NCBI RefSeq assembly: GCF_009914755.1
Contig: NC_060932.1
DNA from: the human T2T-CHM13v2.0 reference genome, Homo sapiens
Length of the DNA: 64,000 nt
Strand: one strand, 5' to 3'
Part shown: positions 56,569 through 64,000 of the stretch, in pieces
How positions within the stretch are numbered: the first letter of the stretch is position 1
How the letters are laid out: each line of letters starts with the position of its first letter
Translations under genes and position numbers: made by a program
The notes under the pieces: generated by a model
Database searches by the model: none
Told to the model about the DNA's origin: nothing
The model's input: the letters and a program-made list of their open reading frames with translations, nothing else

Positions 56569-57109
56569 TGTAGAGGACACACCCTCAGGTGATCCCCACT
56601 GAGTCATGTCCTATGTAATCCCCTCCCACAGAGTGCAGGCACGACCTGTGACTTGATTTTCAGCAAACGAAATATGGCAAAGCCAATGCCTTCATTGAAT
56701 ATTTCACTACCTTGATGTCTTAGCAGGCTGCAATGGGAGTTTCTCCTGCAGACGTTGAAGGCATAAGCTGCCATGTTGTGACAAGCCTGTGAGATGCCAC
56801 ATGGGAAGAAGCTGTGGGTGATTCCTAGGACATGAGAGTGACCCAGGTGACTTCCAGAAATAAAGTGGGGACCTCAGTCCTACAATCTCAGCTGGATTCT
56901 GCCAACAACTGCATGAGCTTAGAAGAAAAAACTCAAGCTCCAGACAAGAACACAGCACAGTCAAGATCTTGATGACACCTTTCCAAGACCATAAGCAGAG
57001 GCCCAAGCTGTACTCAGACTCCTGACCCAAGAAGATGGAACACAATACTCATTGTTTTAAGTCACTATATTTGTGGCAATTTGTTATGTAGCAATACATA
57101 ACTAACACA
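56569..57109 (+). mobile_element. MLT1 (MLT1F/G/H-like) MaLR solo LTR
   Basis: tgtaatcccctccca...ctgccatgttgtga...ttgttttaagtcact...gcaatacataactaacaca. Confidence 0.8.
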
Positions 57110-57443
57110 TGTCATAATCCACTTTGAACTCAAATAACAGCCATTCTTGAAAAAAAGCTCTGATTTGCCAATTATTATTTTCTTTTGGCTGTTGAGGATA
57201 ACAGAAATCTAGCAGAATGCTTTATACATGTGTATACCTTTATCCAATTCAAAACTTGAATGCAGAAAATCATTCTCCATGAGTGAGTCTTGAAACACAA
57301 ATGAATCAGACTCAACATTTTTCAAAATATCAAAATTCTTTTATTTTGTTACTTAAAAATTGGAAGGTATACCTCCAAACCAGTTTTTTTGTTTGTTTTC
57401 ATTTTTGTTGTTTTTGGTTTTGGTGTGTCTACTTAACTGTTTT

Positions 57444-57739
57444 GTTTTGCTTGTTTTGGGACAGAGTTTCGCTCTTGTTGCCCAGGCTGGAGTGCAAGGG
57501 CACAATCTCGGCTCACCACAACCTCCGCCTCCTGGATTCAAGCAACTCTCCTGCCTTAGCCTCCTGAGTAGCTGGGATTACAGGCATGCACCACCACGCC
57601 CAGCTAATTTTGTATTTTTAGTAGAGATGGGGCTTCTCCATGTTGGCCAGGCTGGTCTCAAACTCCCAACCTCACGTGATCTGCCTGCCTTGGCCTCCCA
57701 AAGTGCTAGGATTACAGGAGTGAGACACTGCGCCTGGCC
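57444..57739 (-). mobile_element. AluS (AluSp-like)
   Basis: gtttcgctcttgttgcccagg, ctcaccacaacc; TSD tacttaactgtttt at 57430-57443 and 57740-57753. Confidence 0.96.
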
Positions 57740-57764
57740 TACTTAACTGTTTTTCAAATAAATG

Positions 57765-58770
57765 GTTTATTTTCAAAGTTTTAGATTTACAGGATTATAA
57801 AGATAATACAGAAAGTTCTTGTATACCCCATACCCAGTTTTCCCAAATATTAACATCTTACATTAGCATGGTACATTTATCACATTTGATGAACCAATGT
57901 TGATACATTATTGTGAACTAAACTCCATACTTTAATCAAACTTTCTTAGTTTTTACCTAACATCCTATTTTTGGTCCAGGATCCCACATTACATTGAGTC
58001 ATCATGTCTCCTTAGGCTTCTCTTGATTGTGACTATCTCTCAGACTTGAGTTGTTTCTGATGACCTTCACAGCTTTGAGGGGTACTAGTCAGATATTTTG
58101 TAGCATGTCGCTCTACTGGAATTTGTCTTATGCTTTTCTCATAATTAGACTTAGATCAAGTATTTTGGGGAGGAAGATTACAAAGGCAAAGTGCCCTTCT
58201 CATCACATCATGTCAAGGGTACCTACTACCAATGTGACCTGCCACTGCTGATTTAACCTTAATCACCTGGCTTGAGATAGTGTTTGCTTGGGTTTCTCCA
58301 TTGTGAAGTTACTTTTTCCCCTCCCTTTCTTTACTATACTCTTTGAAAGAAAGTCATTCTGTGCAGCCCCCAGGGAGGGTTATGCTTTACCCCCTGAAAG
58401 GCAGAGTATCTTACATACATTATTTGGAATTCTTCTACATTCTCTTCATTTATTTATTCATCATGTATTTATATCAGTATAGATATGTATTTTGTACTTT
58501 AAGTGATATCCTAATTCTAACTTCCTTTCTTTGCTCAAATTTTCCATCTTTGGACATTGAAAGTACTTTCGATTGGGTCCTGTATTCTTTTCACATACAA
58601 CCATCATTGCGGATTTTTATTTTTTGCACTTCTTTACTTTATAGCACTACAAGATGCTCCAGGCTCATCTTGTATATTTGCTGCCACAGTCTTAAATCAG
58701 TCATTTCTCCAAGGAACCCTGGTTCATTTCATTGGAAAACAGTATTAGAAACCAAGATCTGGGAAACAGG
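57765..58770 (-). mobile_element. Old L1MC-type 3' end
   Basis: ttttagatttacag...catttctccaaggaaccctggttcatttcattggaaaacagtattagaaaccaagatctggg. Confidence 0.8.
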
Positions 58771-58859
58771 TATGTATTGTTTGCTTCCAGACCAAACCAG
58801 TTTCTCAATCTCTAAATATGGGATCTTGGAATGTCCCTGTATTCTTAATTTATTTTAAT

Positions 58860-59085
58860 TTATTTGACAAACATTTTTGCAGTGATTACCATGTGCCAGT
58901 CACTCTTTTAAGCACTTTGAAAATATTAACTCATTTAATCCTTGTAATAATCTCATAACAACAAAATATGGTATTAGTCCCATTTTATGGACAAAAAAAA
59001 CAAGAAACAGATATTTGGATGTGTTCCATAGTCACCCAGATAGTAACTAACAGAGCCAAAATTGAACCCAAGTATCTGGATCCAT
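58860..59085 (+). mobile_element. MIR SINE
   Basis: ccatgtgccagtcactcttttaagcactttg...tattaactcatttaatcct core. Confidence 0.75.
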
Positions 59086-59666
59086 ATTTGGAGCTAACCA
59101 CATTGGAGTTAGATTTGGAGCTAACTCCTACATTGCCTTGCAGTGGTGAGGACCTTGCAGAGCTGCCACACAAATTGATGAATTAATTCACCCACACGTT
59201 CATTCTCTAATACAAATCTGTTATGTGCCCATTAGGTGCCAGACTATCTGATATCTGTTAATTGGTGCTTAATGCCATTTGAGATACCTCTTGGAATATG
59301 ACCCAATTTAACATAAAGGAGGATGCTGTTGTAATGTACCCCTTGAGAAGACTCTGGCAGCTGCCTGGGATGAAGATGTCATATAAAAACTACTCCACTG
59401 AGTGGTTGCAAATATACTTTATTATGCTGTAAGTAATATTCAAAGGTGATAAGCAGGCAGTACCTTATTTACTTCATTTCTATTTATTTATCATTTCCAT
59501 AAATTTTTTAAATGGGCTTTAGTATCTTTTATATATACAAAACTCCCATTCATTATGCTACTATTCTTGATAAAACATTTGAACAGAACTGTCTCTTGTG
59601 AAAACTACTGAACAAAACTGAGATTTCCATTTATAGCTAAGAAGAACATTTTAAATATACACTTAC

Positions 59667-59716
59667 TTTCTGACTGTCAGCAACGAGTGGTCCCAGGAGA
59701 CCAAAGTTGAGATAAT
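59667..59716 (-). pseudogene. Candidate relic exon (50 nt)
   Basis: ttgttttgcatgttttctttcag|ATTATC...CAGAAA|gtaagt, near-consensus sites at both ends; IISTLVSWDHSLLTVR (phase 0) or YLNFGLLGPLVADSQK (phase 1). Confidence 0.6.
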
Positions 59717-60099
59717 CTGAAAGAAAACATGCAAAACAATAATGGTAAATGCAAATATCTTAAAGGAATCTTTGTCCTGAGGTCATTATCCCACCTATTT
59801 TAACAGCAGAACACTGGGAGACTGACATCCCATGACATGATTTACTACTTGTTAATAATATGTTTTGGAAAAGAGAGTGCAGGTTGGGGTGGAGGTGAGG
59901 TTCAGCAAAATGGACTCCCTGAGAAAAGAAAGCAGAGACTGAAACAATGGGAAACCTGGAATGGACTTCTGGTTAATATTTATATCTCCTTGGAAGAGGA
60001 TATGAGAGTTAAGTGAAGGAATACTCAAGAATGTGGGCCTTCATTTTCAGTTCAGAGCAAGCACCAGATGAGCTGCCTTCCAGATGTATCAAAGTTTAG

Positions 60100-62597
60100 G
60101 GATATTCAAAAAAGAACTATCCCACCAAATTAAGCTTCATAAAAGAAGGTTAAATAAAATATTTTCCAGACAAGCAAGTGCTAAGGGAATTCATTACCAC
60201 TAGACCAGCCTTATGAGAGATCTTTAAGAAAGTTCTAAACATGGAAACAAAAGAATGATACTTGCTACCACAAAAGCACTGTTAAGTACATAGCCCACAG
60301 ACTCTATAAAACAACTACAAAATAGAAACTACAAAGCAAACAGCTAACAACTTATGATAGGATCAAAACCTTACATATCACTATTACTTGAATGCAAGTG
60401 GTTTCAATGTTCCCACTTAAAAGGCAGAGAGTAGCAAGTTGGATAAAGGAATGAAGTCCAATTGTCTGCTGTCTTCAAGAGACCCATAGGCTCAAAGTAA
60501 AGGGTGGAAGAAAGATCTACCATGGAAACAGAAAACAAAACAAAAAAAGCAGGAGTTGCTGTTCTTTTATCTGATAAAACAGATTTTTAACACCAATAAC
60601 AGTAAAAAAGGACAAAGAAGAGCATTATGTAATGATAAAAAGTTCAATTAAACAAGAAGACTTAACTATCCTAAATATATATGCACCCAACATCAGAGCA
60701 CCCAGATTCATAAAACAAGTACTTCTAGACCTACAAAAAGACTCACACAGCCACACAATAATAGAAGGGAACTTTAACACCCCATTGTCAGATCATCAAG
60801 GCAGAAAACTAATAAAGAATATCTGGACTTAAATTTGACACTTGACCAATGAGAACTAACAGACATCTATAGAATACTCCATCCATCAAGTATAGAATAT
60901 ACCTTCTTCTCATCTGCACATGAAACATACTCTAAGATTAACCACATGCTCAACTGTAAAGCAAGTCTCAATAAATTTAAAAATATCAAAATCATACCAA
61001 CCATACTCTCAGATTATAGTGCAATAAAAATAGAAATAAACTCCAAGATCTCTCAAAATTGCAAAATTACATGAAAATTTAACAACTTGTTTCTGAGTGG
61101 CTTTCAGTAAACAATAAAATTAGGGCAGAAATCAAGAAATTCTTTGAAATAAATGAAAACAGAGATTCAACACATCAACATCTCTGGGATTCTGCAAAAG
61201 CAGAGCAAAGTTATAGCACTAAACACCTACCTCCAAAATTTAAAAAGATCTCAAATTAGAAATCTAACATCAAACCTAGAGGATCTAGAAAAACAAGAGC
61301 AAAGTAACCCCAAATCTAGCAGAAGAAAATAAATAAAATCAGAGCAGAAATGAACAAAGTTGAGACCCAAAAATTCATACGAAGAAGCAACAAAACTAAA
61401 AGTTGGTTCTTTGAAAGGATAAACAAGATTGATAGACCATTAGCTAGATTAACAAAAAAAAAGATACAAATAAGCACAATCACAAATGACAAAGGTGATA
61501 TTACAATGAATCCCACAGAAATACAAAAGATCCTCAGAGACTATTATGAACAATTCTATGCATACTAACTAGAAAATTTAGAGAAAATGGGTAAATTCCT
61601 GGAAACACACAACTTCCTAAGGCTGAATTAGAAGGAACTTGAAACCCTTAGCAGACCAATATCAAGTTTTGAACTTGAAGCAATAATTTTTTAAAAACCC
61701 TACCTATCAAAAAAACCTCAGGACTAGATGGATTCACAGCCAAATTCTAGCAGATGTACAAAGAAGAGCTGGTACCAATTTTATTGAAACTATTCCAAAT
61801 AATCGAGGAGAAAGAACTCCTCCCTAACTCATTCTACAAAGCCAGCATCACTCTGATACCAAAACCTGGCAAAGACACAACAACCAAAAAAGAAAACTAC
61901 CGGCTAATATCTCTGATAAACACAGAAGCAAAAATCCTTAACAAAATACTAGCAAACTAAATCCAACAGCACATCAAAAAGTTAATTCACCATGATCAAG
62001 TAGGCTTCATTCCTAAGGTGTAAGGTTCATTCAACACATGCAAATCAATAAATTTGAGTCACCACATAAACACAATTAAAAGCAAAAACCATATGATCAT
62101 CTTGATAAACACAAAAAGTTTTTGATAAAATCCAACATCTCTTCATGATAAAACCCCTCAAGAAACTAGGCATTGAAAGAACATACCTCAAAATATTAAG
62201 AGCCATCTATGGTAAACCCACAGCGAATATCATACTGAAGGGGCAAAAACTAAAAGCCTTACCCTTGAGAACTGGAAAAAGACAAGTATGCCCACTCTCA
62301 CCACTCCTATTCAATCTATTAATAATACTGGAAGTCCTAGCCAGAGCAATCAGGCAAGAGAAAGAACTAAAAGGCATCCGAATAGGAAAAGAAGAAATCA
62401 AACTATATCTCTTCACAGAGAATATGATTCTATACCTAGAAAACCCTAAAGACTCTGTCCAAAGGCTCCTGCAACTGATAAACTTCTTCAGTAAAGTTTT
62501 AGGATACAAAATCAATGTAAAAAATCAGTCACATTTCTATACACTAACAATGTTCAAGCTGAGGGCCAAATCAAGAACACAATCCCATTTACAATAG

Positions 62598-62634
<37 letters not shown>

Positions 62635-63832
62635 TACCTAGGAAAACATCTAACCAAGGAAGTGAAAGATCTCTACAAGGAAAACTACAAGACATTGCCA
62701 AAAGATATCAGAGGTGACACAAACAAATGTTAAAACATTCCATGCTCATGAATTAGGAGGATCAATGTTGTTACATTGGCCATATTACCCGAAGCAATCT
62801 AGAGATTCGATGCTATTCCTATCAAACTACCAACATCATTTTTCACAGAACGATAAATGAAATTCATATAGAACCAAATTCTATAATTCTAAAATTTATA
62901 TAGAACCAAAAAGGAACCCAAATAGCCAAAGCAATCCTAAGCAAAAAGAACAAAGCTGGAGGCATCACGTTATCTGACTTCAAACTATACTATATGGCTA
63001 TAGTCACCAAAACAGCATGGTACTAGTGCAAAAACAGGCACATAAACCAATGGAACAGAATAGAGAACACAGAAATAAAGCTGCACACCTACAGCTATCT
63101 GATCTTCAACAAAGTCAACAAAAAGAAGCATCGGGGAAAGGACTTCCTATTCAAAAAATGGTGCTCAGATAGCTGGCTAGCCACATGCAAAAGAATGAAA
63201 CTGTACCCCTACCTTTCATCACATAAAAAAATTAACTCAAGATGGATTAAAGATTTAGATGTAAGACCTCAAACTATAAGAATCCTAGAAGAAAACCTAG
63301 AAAACACCATTCTGGACATTAGCCTTGGAAATGAATTTATGACTAGGCCCTCAAAAGCAATTGCAACAAAAACAAAAACTGACAAATAAGAACTAATTAA
63401 ACTAAAGAGCTTCTGCACAGCAAAAGAAACTATCAACAGAGTAAACAGACAATCTACAGAATGGAAGAAAATATTTGCAAACTATGCATCCAACAAAGCT
63501 CTAATATCCAGAATCTATAAGGAGCTTAAACTCAGCAGGCAAGCAAAAGAAAAAAAAAAACAAAAAGGCAAAAAATGTGAACAGACATGTCCCAAAAGAA
63601 AACTACAAGCAGCCAACAAACATGCAAAAATGCTTCAAATGCTTCAAATCACCAGTTATCAGAGAAATGCAAATCAAAACCACAATGGGATACCATCTCA
63701 CACCAGTTAGAATGGCTATTATTAAGAAGTCAAAAAACAAAAGATGCTGGTGAGGCTACAAAGAAAAGGGAATGCTTACACACTGTTGGTGGGAATATAG
63801 ATTAGTTCAACCCCCATAGAAAAGCAGTTTGG
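60100..63832 (+). mobile_element. Old primate L1 (about L1PA15-17/L1PB age), 5'-truncated, ORF1 end plus fragmented ORF2
   Basis: ORF fragments [44 protein letters not shown]; many stops and frameshifts. Confidence 0.92.
62599..62632. repeat. (CA)n microsatellite inside L1
   Basis: About 17 perfect CA units. Confidence 0.97.
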
Positions 63833-64000
63833 GGCTGGGCGTGGTGGCTCATGCCTGTAGCCCCAGCACTTCGGGAGGCCAAAGTGGGCAGATTACTTGA
63901 GCCCAGGAATTCAAGACCAGCCTGAACAACATGGCAAAACTCCACCTCTACAAAAAATACAAAAATTAGCTGAGTGTGGTGGTGCATGCCTGTAGTCCCA
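63833..64000 (+). mobile_element. Alu (AluJ-like) inserted in L1, cut by the window edge
   Basis: ggctgggcgtggtggctcatgcctgtagccccagcacttcgggagg... Confidence 0.95.

Noticed and set aside
58343-58858. 171-aa hydrophobic ORF
   Set aside because: Antisense strand of an old L1MC 3' end; T-rich composition explains the hydrophobic translation.

Overview
Primate (hominoid, most likely human) non-coding-looking DNA, roughly half interspersed repeats. It holds about ten Alus, L2/MIR relics, old L1M fragments, several solo LTRs (MLT2A, MER51, MLT1, MST, THE1, LTR12), DNA-transposon relics, a 3.7-kb old L1PA fragment and a full-length but inactivated young L1 (L1PA2/L1PA3-type, 35359-41385, 18-bp TSD). 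The only recognisable cellular-gene sequence is a processed PDCL3 retrocopy (minus strand, 16-bp TSD) whose 239-codon ORF is uninterrupted. The main result of manual reading is a series of short unique-sequence segments on the minus strand, from about 59.7 kb down to about 1.3 kb, bounded by splice signals. Seven consecutive segments (31211 to 13850) join in compatible phase into a ~200-aa reading frame with a single frameshift, and others carry TGA stops or mutated acceptors. I read this as a decayed multi-exon protein-coding gene (candidate unitary pseudogene) whose identity I cannot name. An LTR12 promoter and the L1 antisense promoter both point along the same strand. Repeat subfamily calls come from memory of consensus sequences and no searches were run. 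No prokaryotic-type systems, CRISPR arrays or RNA genes were seen.
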